From Mobula hypostoma (Eukaryota), in the NCBI RefSeq assembly GCF_963921235.1, contig NC_086108.1, forward strand, positions 90,336,001 through 90,400,000: a stretch of DNA of 64,000 bases, in the 5' to 3' direction. The translations under genes and the position numbers were made by a program. The notes under the pieces were generated by a model. That model was not told the DNA's origin. It saw only the letters and a program-made list of their open reading frames with translations, and did no database searches. Of the stretch, positions 1 through 13,304 are shown in pieces; position 1 is the first letter of the stretch; every line of letters starts with the position of its first letter.

Positions 1-360
1 CTCAACTGAATTATGTGCTCTGTTCACTCCTGCCCTATTCACTTAACCATTAAAAATAGCCTCTTTTCAAGAGTACTCTTCAAGTTCTTTACCAAATGGC
101 AGTACTTGATTGGTGAGATTCAGCATTGGCTCAACTGTTTCCTTCCTATTATTTCAAGCAGGAAATTTCACAGGACGAAATTAAATAATTTCCCCATCTA
201 TATTTAGATTTGTAAAATTAATGGTATGTAATTGCAGGTATCAACTATAGAAGGCAACGAGAAAACATGATAGAAAGCCATTGGTAATGGAGATTTGTTT
301 TCAAACGTAATAAAAACATAAGATATAGGAGCAGAATCAGGCCCTTATGTGTAATTTCAA

Positions 361-1250
361 AGAGATCTTGATTAGCTGGACAGATGAGCTAAGGAATGGC
401 AAATGTATTTCTATTTGCATAAGTATTGGATGATACACTTTGGACAGTCAAACCCAGGTAGGATCTATACAGTAAATGGCATGCATTGACAAGTGTTGTG
501 GAACAGAGGGACCTGTGAATGCAAGTGCACAGTTCACTGAAAGTGTCTGCACAAGTAGGCAGGGTGGTGAAGAAGCAATTTAGCAAAGTTCAAAGTAAAT
601 TTATTATCAAAGTACATACATGTCACCATGGACAACGCTGAGCATGGTCATTATTAGTTAGGGCATCAAATTTAAGAGTAAGAACATTATGTTGCAGTTA
701 TATAAGTCATTGTTGAGGCCAGATTTGGAATATTGCATACAGTTTTGGTTACCCTGTTTTAGGAAAGATATTGTCAAGCTGTAGAGTGTGCAACAAAGGT
801 TTACAATGATGCTGCCTGGATTAGAGGGCCTGAGTTTTTGGGAGAGATTGTCTGGATCTGTATTCCTTGGAGTGCAGGATAATGTGCGATGGAAAAGTTT
901 ATAAAATCATGAGAGGGGTGGATCAAAGTGGATGGTCCTATTCTTTTGCCCAGGGTTGGGGAGTATAAAATTAGTGTTTACAGATACAAGGTAAGAGGAG
1001 AGAGATTTAAAAGAAACCTGAGAAGTAAATTTCTTACACAGACGGTAGTGAATTCTTGAATTGAGCTGCCAGAGGAAGTGGCCAAGGTGGGGCTAATTTC
1101 AACATTTAACAGGCATTAAAGTAGGTGTGTGGGGGTGTGGTGGCAGAAGGGGCGTGGAAGGATATCGGCAGAACTCGGACCACTGAGACTAGTACAGATA
1201 ATGGACTAGTTGGCAGGCAGGGCCTGTTTCCCCACTGTATTAATCCATGA
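361..1250 (+). mobile_element. Degraded CR1-clade LINE 3' fragment (RT C-terminus and 3' UTR), with a short Rex1-type tail inserted at about 586-645
   Basis: Decayed CR1 motifs (LEYCIQFW-like tggaatattgcatacagttttgg; FTQxVVxxWNxLP-like); same layout as the copy at 41100-41618. Confidence 0.8.
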
Positions 1251-1744
1251 CTCTTTGACAAATTTAAGTGATTGTGATCAGTCATATGCATTGCCTCCAA
1301 AGTTGAAAAGAATGCATGAATGTAAGTCTCCACTTCCCTGCAGAAATTAACTGCCTTTCACCTTTTGTTCCTCCCTTGTCATGTGGGTGAGATTACGAGG
1401 TTGTTATAAGGTCAATATCAATATGCATTCCATGTTCCACTAATCTGTTGCAAAGCAAATGAGGTGTAATGTTGCAGCTCCATGTTGAAGAGTTTTGTTT
1501 TAAAATGCTTTCAGTTGGGTGTGTGCTCTCAAAAAAACATGCAAAGTGTGGGTGAATGTATGTTTGCAACACACCTGTTTTATTTTTTCCCTCCACTTCT
1601 TTTTGAGGATGGACCGAATCAAAGCCTGGCAATGTAAAATAGTGGAAGAAATACTGAAAATAAAACTTGGTCCTAAAGAGAAGGATGATTAAATATTATC
1701 TTTATTTAGCATGTGTGAAATGCTTCATTTGTGTCAAAGCAAGT

Positions 1745-1980
1745 CATTATTGATTGTGCTGAGCATCCCTGCAAGTGTTGTCATGCTTTCAGTACCAGCA
1801 GCATGCTCACAACTCACTAACTCTGACTGTACGTCTTTAGAATGTGGGAGCAAACTGGAGCAAGTGGAGGAAACCCATGGGATCACCAGGAGAATGTACA
1901 AACTCCTTACAGACTGGCAGGTTTCAAACCCTGATTCTACAAATGATGCTGTAAATAGATTCTGCTAACTACTGCTATAG
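1745..1980 (-). mobile_element. V-SINE/HE1-like SINE fragment
   Basis: Reverse-complement V-domain motifs (ggagaatgtacaaactccttacagac; gggagcaaactggagca) shared with copies at 7570, 31365, 33335 and 52150. Confidence 0.7.
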
Positions 1981-2351
1981 CTCAGTATTTATGGAACTTC
2001 AAATGTTTTGGAGTCCTTAAACTCTTGTCCCAGCTTGCCTGCTGTTGAAACTCTTTTTCATTGCATTGCTACCTCTGATGACTTCAATGCATGTCTGCTG
2101 CTCAACATTGTTCTAGTATGTTTAATATTATTTGAAACTCTTCTGGCTGCATTCTGACTTGCACCAGATCCCACTTGCAGATTGTTCCTGTTCTTGCAGG
2201 CTATTCTTGGCTTATGGTTAAACAGTGCCTTGATCTTAAAATTGTAGTGCTTGTTTTCAGATCCACTCCATCGTCTTGACCTCATTCTTCTGTGCTTACA
2301 ACGCCCAAAGATATTTGCTCTGAAAAATGCCTATGCTCACTAAACTTGGGA

Positions 2352-2566
2352 TAGTACTGCGCAAAACTCCTGGGCACGTATATAGCTAGGGTACCTTTTG
2401 TACAGTACTGTGGATTGTTTAAAATAGGCTGTCATCAGGAACCAGAAATAAGAGTACTCAGCTTTAAGTATTAAGTATTATTTGGTAACTGAAAAGACAT
2501 AATATGCAGTACTGACTTAGCAACCTATAGTAGCTCTGCATGTACCTAAGACTTTTGCACAGTACT
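2352..2566. mobile_element. Two tiny Tc1/mariner-like MITE relics (2352-2410 and 2507-2566)
   Basis: Inverted ends (C/T)AGTACTG(C/T)GCAAAA ... TTTTG(T/C)ACAGTACT(G) around cores of about 30 bp. Confidence 0.55.
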
Positions 2567-5500
2567 TTCCTATCCATCAGTCTCCCTTTTTGCTTTCGAC
2601 TTCCTTCACCTTGCACTGATCTTAAATCTCCCAAATAACTTTTAGCTTGCTCACACTCCTGTGAAGTGCTTTGCTACCTTGTGTAAAAGTATGCATTGTC
2701 CATTTCGGCATTAATTATTTTTGTCTCATTTTAAAACATCATGCTCCTGTTAAAAAGGTTCAGATTTTATATTAAAGTTTGTTTTAGATCAATAAGGTCA
2801 ATGGAGATGAAATCACCTCCACTTAATGAGAAATAATTTGAAACTTTAGTTGGGGACTTGAGGATGCTTGTCGATTGATGAAGAATTATGAGCAGAATCA
2901 CACACTCGCTCTTAATTATCCTGTGGCATGTTTTCTAACATTCCTGGAGAGGTGCTTAATCTCCTCTGCTCTCAGCCTGCATGGATGCTATCATCATGCA
3001 AGGGGTGGAAATATGTTGCGCAATCTATCATCCAATATGATAGAAAGGCTAAGATACCTGACAGATTAATTGAATTCTCATATATATTCAGTGCTTCAAT
3101 TGCAGCAAGTCTTTCCATTCCCAATCTGAATAGATATTGTCAGCATCATGAGATTTATTTATAGACTATTTTTAGTGACAAATACCAAAATGCAGCTTGT
3201 GAAGGTAGTATTGATGGGTCTAATTTCAGTACTAAATTTGGAGATTTTGTGTCTGCTTATTTGTCATGACATTATTCTGTGCAGGTCAAAGGAGAGTGAA
3301 GAGAGGGAGACTGGGCCTAATTGGATTGCTGTCTTGGGGAATCTGCTATGAACTCAATGGGCTGAATGGCCTTTTCTGTGTTATTATAAGAATTTGCTGA
3401 GGGCTATAATCCTTTGCATCCTCAGGCACTTTAGCCACTGTAGATGAATAAAAATGTTTGTATAGAGAATTTAAATTTACAATATTAAAGCATGGTTTGA
3501 TTTTTTGTTCTCATTTTTAAAATGTGTTAGTTTATCGTGTCCATTTTCAGCTGTACAGTACAGGGGAATACATTTATCCGGAACCAAGTAGACAGCTCAC
3601 TTGTGCCTTTGCACACTAAATAATGTGAGTCTCTTCAATCTTGTTTCTTGTTTATCTGAAAATGGATCATCTATCTAATTTTTTTGGAAACAAGATTTTA
3701 GTAAGTAGGAACAACTTCCCAATCTGGTCATTTCAAGTAAAAATGCAGTAAATAGTGTCACCAAAGTGGTGGACAACTTTTTTATTTTTAACCCCAAAAG
3801 CATTATTTTGTCAGAACCTGAGAAATAGCACAAAATCCATGATTTAAGTTTGGAATTTTTATGTTTTTTGATATTTTTTAAGGGATTAGAAACTGCCAGT
3901 TGAACAGAAATTGCTTGGGTTCTGCTAACACAAGGTTTGCATTTTACAAGGGAACAGTTGCTCTCAAAAGACCTTCCTGCCTGGTAGCAAATCTTTGAAT
4001 TCAGATGGGGTAAAATTATATGATAGCATGCAGTTTGGAGGCTTGCAGTGAATTGGCGGGATTTCAGCAATTTTGACACTTAACCAGTGGTACAGTAGGA
4101 TTGGCAAGTTGCCTGGTGATCAATTATGGCAGCTTGTGCGATTGATGTAGCTGGAGGCAGTTGTGAGCAGGTTTGTAATAATAATATGCCAGCCACATCA
4201 CAGATGAGTTGGGCAGAAAAGGTAACTGCTGGATAGATCGTGGGATCTGTGAAACAATGTGAACCTCTGAGATCCCAAGCACAGCCGATAAACCTCTTCA
4301 TGATTCTCACCTGAGGTACGTATAGACTAAAATGTCATTCATCTGCCTACTCTGACAGCATGTGTTCTTGCAGTTGGCAGATAGATTCCTCATGGTGAAA
4401 ATTATAATCTGCTTGTATACAGAAAGCCCACTATCAGCTGCAACAATATTTTGACCAGCCAAGCATAGGCTTGACTGTTAATTGATAACTGGCACATTTA
4501 GCTTAGCCATGTAGTCAGAAACAGTTGGTGATTTGATTAATTAAAAAAGAAAACTGAGAAATTAGAGTTTTTCAGCACAATCAAGTGAAAATGAAAATTT
4601 AGAATTAATATTCTAATCGTTCAACTAACATGACTTCAACATATCTTGAAAACCTATCATTTAATAGTGTTTAAGAGTTATTAATTAGAGTTGTTCACAC
4701 TTTTAGCTATCGTGGCTTTTATTCCCAGTAAAATGTCTCGCCACTGGTAGGGCACTGTTCGCTCCAGTGTCACCTGCTGATGGTCTAGTTGTCTTCATTT
4801 AGGACTTAGTAAGTCCAAGGTCACCTTGTATATTGAACCTAATAAGTTCTGTGCCATGGAGGTTTGGCCATGTGATAATTGCTTTTATTTAAGCTTGTTC
4901 TCATGTTTGTGAATTATGACAGCCACATGCAGTGTAAATGTGAGCACCATCCTTTATCACCCATCTGCATATCTAATGCACTGAAAAAAAGAATCTGGGT
5001 AGCTGGGCTCCGAATTATTCTGTAGTCCATCCTAACAGGTATTGACATAGGCCATAGATACTGGAATATATTTCATTACTTGTTAAATTATTTATGTTTA
5101 TATTACTTTATGTGTGGTACGTGAGTTACATGTACTGTGTTGTGTACCTTGTTCTGGAGAAATGTTTCCTTAAATGGTATGCATGTATATGGTTGAATAA
5201 CAATGAACTTGAACTATACAAACCCAGATGGGTATATTCTGTTAATAAGCCATTTTGGAACAGGTATTTTGATTTCTTTCCTTCTAATTTCTCCAGATTA
5301 TGCATCAAATGCAGTTCAAAATAGTGCCTGATTACCTGAGTTCCAGTCCATAACATTGCTCTGAATTTCCCATAAGAGATAGATATCTCAGTGATTAGTA
5401 GAGAAAACAAAATTTTCTTTTCCAGACTGTCTGGCCTTAGCTCATTATTGCCCAACTGCTAAGATAAGAATGCAACTGAACAAGATATCTGATGAAAGGT

Positions 5501-5849
5501 AATAGGTCTGAGGCTTTTGTCACATAACGACACCATTTTCAATAAAGATCAGTGTCAAAGAAGTTGCATCATTGCTCCAATCTTTTCTCAGTCTTCCTTA
5601 CTTACTACTATGCTGCAGCTCACCTCAAATAAATTTCCTGCAGCTAATCTTCAGAACCTGGGGAAACCATTGAAACTACAGAGACAATACTTGACGACAG
5701 GTAGAACCAAGATCACCAAGTGCTCAGAGGACCTGCCTGCTGCAGCAGGTGATACGCGGATTTGTACAAACTCCTTTAAAAGCATATAGGAGAGTGCAAG
5801 AGCAAGGTTGTCTACCAGCTTACCTCTGCTACATCGCATTGCCCTCAAC

Positions 5850-7035
5850 CGATAATGGTATTAGTTTACTAGTGTCACATGTACCCAGATACAGTGAAAA
5901 GATTGCCTTATCATATCATTACCCTGTGCATTATGGTTAAACAAGTTAATGCAACAACAATGCAGAATGAATTTAAATAGCTTTAGAGAAAGTGCAGTGC
6001 AGGTAAACAATAAGGTGAAAGATCACAACGAGGTACGATAGGTTGTGAGGCCGAGAGTCTATCTTATCGTACTAGACAATGATTTAATAGTCTTTATAAC
6101 AGTGGGGTAGAAGCTATCCTTGAACCTGGTGGTAAGGGAGGGAGGAGAAGATGGCGACGCGACGCAGCGCAGTGCACGCGGCCGTTCCAAATGATATCGT
6201 ATGTGTTAACTAGGGGCCATGCACAATCCTGATTTGATGGAAACAGCCATGAGAAGCATGGAAGAACACCAGGAGAAACTTCTGAAATGCCCACTTCGCT
6301 GCTGCTGCTACTGTGCGATCGAGAATCTCCGGAGGGGAAGGCCCCAAATCCTCAGCTTTGCCTGTTGTTGGGGCCGGGGTCGAAGCACTCGGCAGAGATG
6401 GTGCTCGGTTTCGGAGAGCTGGTTGGAGACTCGGAGTTTTCAGATGGACTCTGAGTCGGACTGTGGTTGAATGCTTAAAGAATGCTGCATCGGCAAGTTT
6501 GCGGCGCTGGAGGTTCACCATCTGCGTGAGATGATAGGACTTTCGAGAGACTTTGAGACTTTTTACCGTGCCCATGGTCTGTTCTTTATCAAATTACGGT
6601 ATTGCTTTGCACTATTGTAACTATATGTTATAATTATGTGGTTTTTGTCAGTTTTTCAGTTGGTTTGTCATGTGTTTCTGTGATATCATTCTGGAGAAAC
6701 ATTGTATCATTTCTTAATGCATCCATTATTAAATGACAATAAAAGAGGACTGTGTGTCCTCATAGTCTAATTTTATCTAAGTGCTTTCTAGTTCTTCTAC
6801 CCCACGGGAGATGGGAAAAGAGAAGATGTCCAGGGTGGTTCGGATCCTTGATTATGCAGGCTGCATTACTGAGGTATGGAGAAGTATAGCCAGAGTTCAT
6901 AGAGGGCAGGCTGGTTTCCATGATGTGCTGAATGAGCTGTGTCTATCCCTCTCTGCAGTTTCTTGCAGCCACATGCAGACTGGTTGCCACACCAAGGTGG
7001 AATATATTCAGATGGGGACAATCTATGGATGCTTT
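5850..7035 (-). mobile_element. Rex1/Babar-like LINE 3' fragment, split by the insertion at 6137-6780
   Basis: Flanks match the 3' region of the Rex1-like element at 25021-26945 and the copy at 51190-51550. Confidence 0.6.
6137..6780 (+). mobile_element. Non-coding non-autonomous retroelement with a CpG-rich 5' end starting AAGATGGCG
   Basis: The 5' ~350 bp is homologous to 45268-45640 on the minus strand; ends with AATAAA and a short repeat-like tail; no real ORF. Confidence 0.7.
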
Positions 7036-7059
7036 GATTAATAGTTGGTAAGCTTCACA

Positions 7060-7545
7060 CTAAAACCCAAGAAAATGTGGACCATTTCCCATATATTAGG
7101 AGTCATCTCTTGGCAAAGGCAGATGTCAGTGCTGAAATCCATCAAACTTTAGCAGATTGAGCTGAAGAGTACTTGAAGATCAGAGCTTCAAAAAACATAA
7201 ATCTCGTGATCTACAGGACTGCAATGGTCTCTGCCCTCCATTTGGTTTTGAGACCTAGACTACATATGGCAGGCATCTAAAGGCACTGGAAAAATGCTAA
7301 TTACACATTCTCTGAAAAATCCTCCCAACCCACTGGAAGAATAAGCGAATCAATGTACACATCATCTCTTACACTAATGTCCCCAGCAATAAGGTCTTAG
7401 TTACTCTCAATCAGCTACGTTGGGCAGGTCATGTTGATTGCATGCCCAACATCAGATATTCAATTCTGGGCTGTGCCATGGAAAATTGCCAGGCAAACAG
7501 ACAGAGGGAGAAAGATGGAGAGATTTTCAGAGGAGTTCTCAAAAC
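7060..7545 (+). mobile_element. Degraded RTE-clade LINE fragment
   Basis: DHFPYIxSxL...EIHQ and LRWAGHV motifs typical of the RTE RT C-terminus. Confidence 0.6.
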
Positions 7546-7569
7546 CGCAAAGATAAAAGATTTTGTAAG

Positions 7570-7870
7570 ATTAGTTTTATTTGCCATATGTATCTCAAAG
7601 CATACAGTGAAATGCATAATTTTGCATCAAAAACCAACATAGTTAGGGAATATGCTGGGGCAGCCCACAAGTGTCATCTTGCTTCTGGCACAAACTTAGT
7701 ATGCCTACAACTTACTAACCCTAACTGTATGCCCTTTTGGAATGTGAGAGGAAACCGCAGAACCCGAAGGAAATCCATGTGGTCACAGGGAGAACATAAA
7801 AACTCCTTACAGATAGTGGCGGGAATTGAATCTCAGTCGTCCACTTGCTAGCACTGCAAAGTGATTAACA
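7570..7870 (-). mobile_element. V-SINE/HE1-like SINE
   Basis: Reverse-complement V-domain motifs plus a B-box-like gggaattgaatc. Confidence 0.7.
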
Positions 7871-8269
7871 AACTGCTTCAGTAACTTGCCACATTGAATA
7901 AGTAAATTCCCCACTGCCTCTGAGCCTCTTGCCCGTGACCACTTAAAAACGGAGAAGGGACAGTTGGAATCGTGTTGAGAACTTAAAGGCTGTGCATCAG
8001 GATCACAGAGAAGCCCTGTGTAGGTGTCAAAAGGTTCACCCCAACCTCGCTAACTTGGGAAAAGTCTGTCATTCCCATTTTGGTCCCATTAGCCTCCTTA
8101 AGCTTGATGAATCAACGTGGAAACAAGTCGTCCCTGATCCCAAGAGATGGCTGAAGAATAATATTTGCAACAGTGTGGTCAAAATCTGAATGGATGACCA
8201 CATTGCACATAGAGTTTGCACATAGCAAACTCCCATGAGGAGTAAAGTAGTAAAGAGCAGATAATATTT

Positions 8270-8510
8270 TCTTATTGATGTTACTAAAGGAACAAATATT
8301 GTCTAGAATGCCGGAAATAACTCTCCTGCTGTTAAATTGAATTGCTGAATCTTTTACATGCAATTGAATGGCACACAGTAATGTCTTCACGTCACATCTG
8401 CCAGATGGCATCCTTGAGAATACAGCATACTTTCAGTGTGCTGCGGGAGCATCGTTCTGTGTTTTTGTACTTCATCCTCCAGAGCGGGATTTGAAATCTA
8501 AAAGCCACAA
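8270..8510 (-). mobile_element. Old Deu-domain SINE relic (SacSINE/AmnSINE-like)
   Basis: Resembles the reverse complement of the Deu core and head (gaatcttttacatgc...agatggcatcc...gcgggatttgaa); recognised from memory. Confidence 0.45.
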
Positions 8511-9494
8511 GGGGTTGGAAGTAATATAATGATATGAAAACTGGCTGACAGGCAGGAAACAAAGAATAGACATAAACTGGTCTTTTGACAGTGGAGGAGG
8601 TAATGAGAGGAATACTACAGAGAACAGTGCTTAGGAGCCAGTAGTTCGATGTATGAATCAATGAGTTGGCTGAGGGAACCAATTGCAGTCAGTTTGCAGA
8701 TGAGTGAACTCGAGTTCGGAGGAAGATACAAAAAGGCTTCAAGGTAAGATGTGTTGAGCTACAGATGCAGTATAATGTGGATTGGATCATCCATTCTGAT
8801 GCTGAAGTTCGATGGAGGGTCTATCCTTCCATAAAGGGGTTCCCCTTAAAAGTACCCTGTTCTAGTTACTGCACTTGTTAGTACTTTCATCATCCTCCCT
8901 GGCATGGCCCATTATCTCTGTTCATTTTTGCTATCTCAGAGTTCACAAGAGTCTTTCCTTCACTTTAAATTTATGGGAATGGAAACTACTTTCCGACTGC
9001 CCCATTTAGTCCAAGGGATAGTCAGTGTCTTTGAGCTAATTAACAAGCAGCTAATCTCATCACTGTGGCCTAACCAGTTTAAATTGCTCTCTGAAATCAG
9101 AATGCAGGCAGAAGAAAGGAAACAGACTGTGTTTGTGGAACTGGGTTCAATAGCTCTGCCTGGGTGTTTACTGTTTTGTGTTTGGATACATGTGTCTCAG
9201 AGTGAAAGTGTATGAGATACGTTGTTGGAGTAAAACAACAATTCTTCCATGTGGGGCAGCACATTACCCTTTTAGAGAACCTAACTGATTGTCACAGGAA
9301 ACATACAAACAACAATTTATTTATTATTGTATCTTTTAGTATACTATGCCAAAGGTACTTCATAGAAGCAATGAGGCAAAATGAATATTCAGTTGCAAAA
9401 GCAGGTATCTAGAGGGTAACTAAAAGTCTGATCCATAAAGTTTAAGGACTGCTGTACAAAGGAAGAATAATGCAGAGTCTAGCAATGGTAGAGG

Positions 9495-9696
9495 CAAGCC
9501 GGGGATGTAGTGGCATCTGCATTCAACTCTGGAATAAGTAGTCCTGGGTTTGAATCCTGGCTCCTTGCACACTTTCTGTCTGTGCTGGGTTGAGCATTGA
9601 GCTCGCAACTTGGCCTCGTGAAAACCAGACAAGTGCTAAAGAAACAACAAGACTGCCGCCCGATGCGCCACGAGGCACGGAGAAGAACAACAACAA
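9495..9696 (+). mobile_element. Short tRNA-derived SINE with an (AAC)n tail
   Basis: A-box-like GTAGTGG, B-box-like GGTTTGAATCC (9547-9557), gaacaacaacaa tail, imperfect flanking repeat tggtagagg/tggtggagg. Confidence 0.65.
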
Positions 9697-10124
9697 TAGT
9701 GGTGGAGGGATGTGGGAGGAATTTTAAGGTAAATGATGTCTAGACAACTAAAAATATCTTAATAAATAAAGGAGAGAAGGAGACGTTGTTGATCAGAGTT
9801 AAAGGAGAAGGGATTTTGAGGACGGGGTGGTTGATGTAGTTGTAAGGCTGGAGGGGATGGGCAAAGAAAATGTCGTGGGTGGATTTAATAGGATTTAAGC
9901 ACGAAGGGGAGGATAATGGTTCTGTGGAATTCAGTGCAGACTAGAAAGGAGTAAATGTTAAGTAGGAGGAGTTGGACATTTGACTGCTTTTGCCTGTTCT
10001 TGTCATTCATTCAGATCAGGGATGATCTTTTACCACCATATCACTTTCCTGTATTAGTTCTTTATCTCCTGATTTTGCCAGTATTTAAATATATACCAGA
10101 CTCTTTATTAAACTAGTCAGATAT

Positions 10125-10558
10125 TGGCTGGATTATGAGGATAGATTGAACGAGCTAGGGCTTTTCACTTTGGAGTGAAGGAAGATGAGGGGTGACTTGA
10201 TAAAGGTGTACAAGATGATAAGAGGCATATATTGAGTGGATAGCCTGAAACTTTATCCCAGGGTAGAAAAGTATAACACTAGAAGGCATAATTTTAAGGT
10301 GATTGGAAGAAAGTATATATAGGGGTAATTTTTGTTTATGTACGCACAAGTGGTGAGTGCATGGAATACCCAGCAAAGGGTGGTAATAGTGACAGATACA
10401 TTAGAGACATTTAAGAAAGTTTAGATAGGCACATGGATGATTGAAAAATGGTGGATTACATAGGAGGGAAGGGTTATTTTGATCTTGGAGTTAAAAGATC
10501 AGCTCAACATCCTGGGATGAAGGGCTGTACTGTGCTGTAGAATTCTGCTCTATGTTCT
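10125..10558 (+). mobile_element. CR1 LINE 3' fragment
   Basis: ELGLFTLExRxMRGDLIKVYKM-like coding remnant and CR1 3' UTR ending tctatgttct. Confidence 0.8.
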
Positions 10559-11389
10559 TAACTGAGCTTCCATAGCCCTCTTGAGTAGGAAATTAATCAT
10601 CCGTGTGGTGAAATGATTTCTCCTGATCACCCTTGATGGCAGACCTTATATTTAGAGACTGTGACCCTTAGATTTAGACGTCCCAACCTGGGTAAAAGAC
10701 AGCCCAGATCTAACCTATCAAGATAATGTTTCTATGGGTTTAAACTTTACATGGGGGAAAATGAGGAACAAATAAGAGGATTGCTATCCAAATAATGTGT
10801 TTGAAAAAGTGCAGAAGGTTTTAATGGCAGGCTAACAAACAATCATTTTAAGCTTTGGACAGTAACTGGTTAGACAGGCTATGCAACTGGGGAGAGGGGA
10901 AAATAGTAGTGGAGAGGCCCTGAGGATGGTACGATTAGAGTTTATGTTTGGGATAAAGGTCAGGCCAGAACATGATGATGGGGGACTCGAGGAAGACTAG
11001 AAGCCAAGTGTGTTTTATTTTATCTTCAAGGGCATCTGTCAGCAGCCAGTTCCCAGGGCTGGATTCCTTGGACTGGATCTTGCACAATCAAGGTCCTTTA
11101 ATGCTTTGTCAATACAGATGGCACATCGCTCATGAAGGATTTCACTTGGAAGAGTGCATGGACCACACACTAGTTTTATAGGTGAATTTAAGTTAGCATT
11201 GTTGGTATCCGGGTTCTTCCATGCATTTGCACCACAGAGGGCACAAAAGCATGATTACGAACTTTATCTGTCATCTGTTAATATCGCTCACAGCAAGGAG
11301 AGCACTGTTTACTTTTATGTTGGTGTTTTGAAATATTTCTTACCATTCTACTTACTATCATGTGTATGTTTATAAAGTTATATCTTCAT

Positions 11390-12150
11390 AGTTCAAAGTA
11401 AATTTTACATCAAAATACATATGTCACCAGATACTACCATGAGATTCATTTCCTTGCAGGCATCCACAGCAAAACAAAGTAGTACAATAGAATCAATGAA
11501 AAACTGCACATAAAGTTTGATAAATTGTGAAAATACAAAAAGAAACTAGTAGTAGTAGTAGTAATAATAATAATAAGAAATAAATTAAGTCTGTGAGTTG
11601 TAGAGACTTGAAAGTGAGTCCATGGATTGTGTTCCATAATTACTTTCAGTGTTGTGAATGAAGATATCCATGCTGGTTCAGGAGCCTGATAGTTGAAGGG
11701 TGATAACTGTTTCTGAACCAGGTGGTGTGGCATCTAAGTCTCCTGCAGCTCCTTACTAATAGTGACATTGAGAAGTGAGCATGACCTGGATGGTGGGGTC
11801 CTTGATGATAGATGCTAGTTCCTTGTGGCAGCGCCCTTTGTTAGATCTGCTCAGTGTTGGGGTGGGAGGGGGCTTTTCCTGTGACGAAGTGGGCTGTGTC
11901 CACTACTTTTTGTAGGCTTTTCTGTACTTGGGCCCTGGTGTTCCCATGCCAGACCAAGATGCAACCCATCAGGATACTCCCCATTGTGCCTCTATCGAAG
12001 TTTGCACATATTCAGCATGTCATCTAAAACTCTGACAAACCTCTGAAAAAGTAGAGGCATTGCTGTATTTTCCTTGAAATGGCATTTAGTGCTGGTCGCA
12101 GGACAAATCCTCTGATATGATAATACCCAGGAACTTAAAGTTACTGACAT
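11390..12150 (-). mobile_element. Rex1/Babar-like LINE 3' fragment containing a (TAG)n(TAA)n microsatellite
   Basis: gttcaaagtaaat tail and IIKDPTxPGH-like remnant on the minus strand. Confidence 0.7.
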
Positions 12151-12485
12151 CTCTTGGATGTTCCTTACTGAAGCTGAAAGCTTTCAATATTTGATTTGAA
12201 CTACTACATTTAAAACCAGGAAGCTGTCTTCCTATTCTCTGCACCGTCTTATGACATTTAAATATTTGTTGTATTTTTTTCTATGATCAGAATATGAAAC
12301 CAAATAAAATTCTCGTAACTATATTTTTATGTAGCTTAATTACTAATTCCTCTGGGTTGCTTTCTTTGATTTGGGTATTTATTATTATTCCTGTTCTATT
12401 GATTGCAGCATTTGAACAAGTTTAACATTGATTCTTTCAGGGTTGTCCTTGGCTGTTTCAATATCTTTCTGTAAATGCATATATA

Positions 12486-12975
12486 CACTTAGTGGCCACT
12501 TTATTAGATACACCTTGTTAATACAAACATCTAATCAGTCAATCATGTGGCAGCAACTCAATGCATAAAAGCATGCAAACATGATCAAGAGGTTTGGTTG
12601 TTCAGACCAGACATCAGAATGGAGAAGAAATGTGATCTAAGTGACTTTGAACATGGAATGATTTTGGTGCCAGATGGAGTGGTTTGAGTATCTCAGACAC
12701 TGCTGATCTCCTGAGAGCAACAGTTCTATGGACAAAAATGCCTTGTTAATGAGAAAGATCAAGAGTGAATAGCCAGACTGTTTCAAGCTGATGGGAAGGT
12801 GACAGTACAGTAACTCAAATAACCATGAGTTACAACAGTGGCAGAAGAGGATCTCTGAACGCACATCACACCGAACCTTGAAGTGGACGGGCTAGAGCAG
12901 CAGAAAACCATGAGCATCTATTCAGTGGCCATTTTATTAGGTACCTCCTGTATCTAATAAAGTGTCCACTGAGTG
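12486..12975 (+). mobile_element. Non-autonomous Tc1/mariner deletion derivative
   Basis: TIRs CACTTAGTGGCCACTTTATTAGATACA / TGTATCTAATAAAGTGTCCACTGAGTG flanked by TA on both sides; internal frameshifted LSDFEHGM..GAR..GLSISDTADLL resembles a Tc1 transposase N-terminus. Confidence 0.85.
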
Positions 12976-13304
12976 TAATTCTTTTATGACCTTATTTGTG
13001 GCATTTTACATCCAGGCCATTTTAGCATTATTTCCAATTGATTGACACACACATTTATTAGTTCAGTTTATTTTGTAATACGTAGTCCTTTCTGTGAAGG
13101 AAACTAAATCATACTGGATTGAGTTTGAATTGGTTCTTTTGTGGAAATTGTAATTAATGAAAGCACTGATACATGAGTCCTGTGCACTGTATTATATGTC
13201 TCCACATCAAACTTGCCCAACAAACTAGTCCTTACTGCTTCCTACCCTATCACCCAGTTTACTGCCTGTACCTGAACCCGCATCACTTTTGTATGCAACT
13301 TTAT

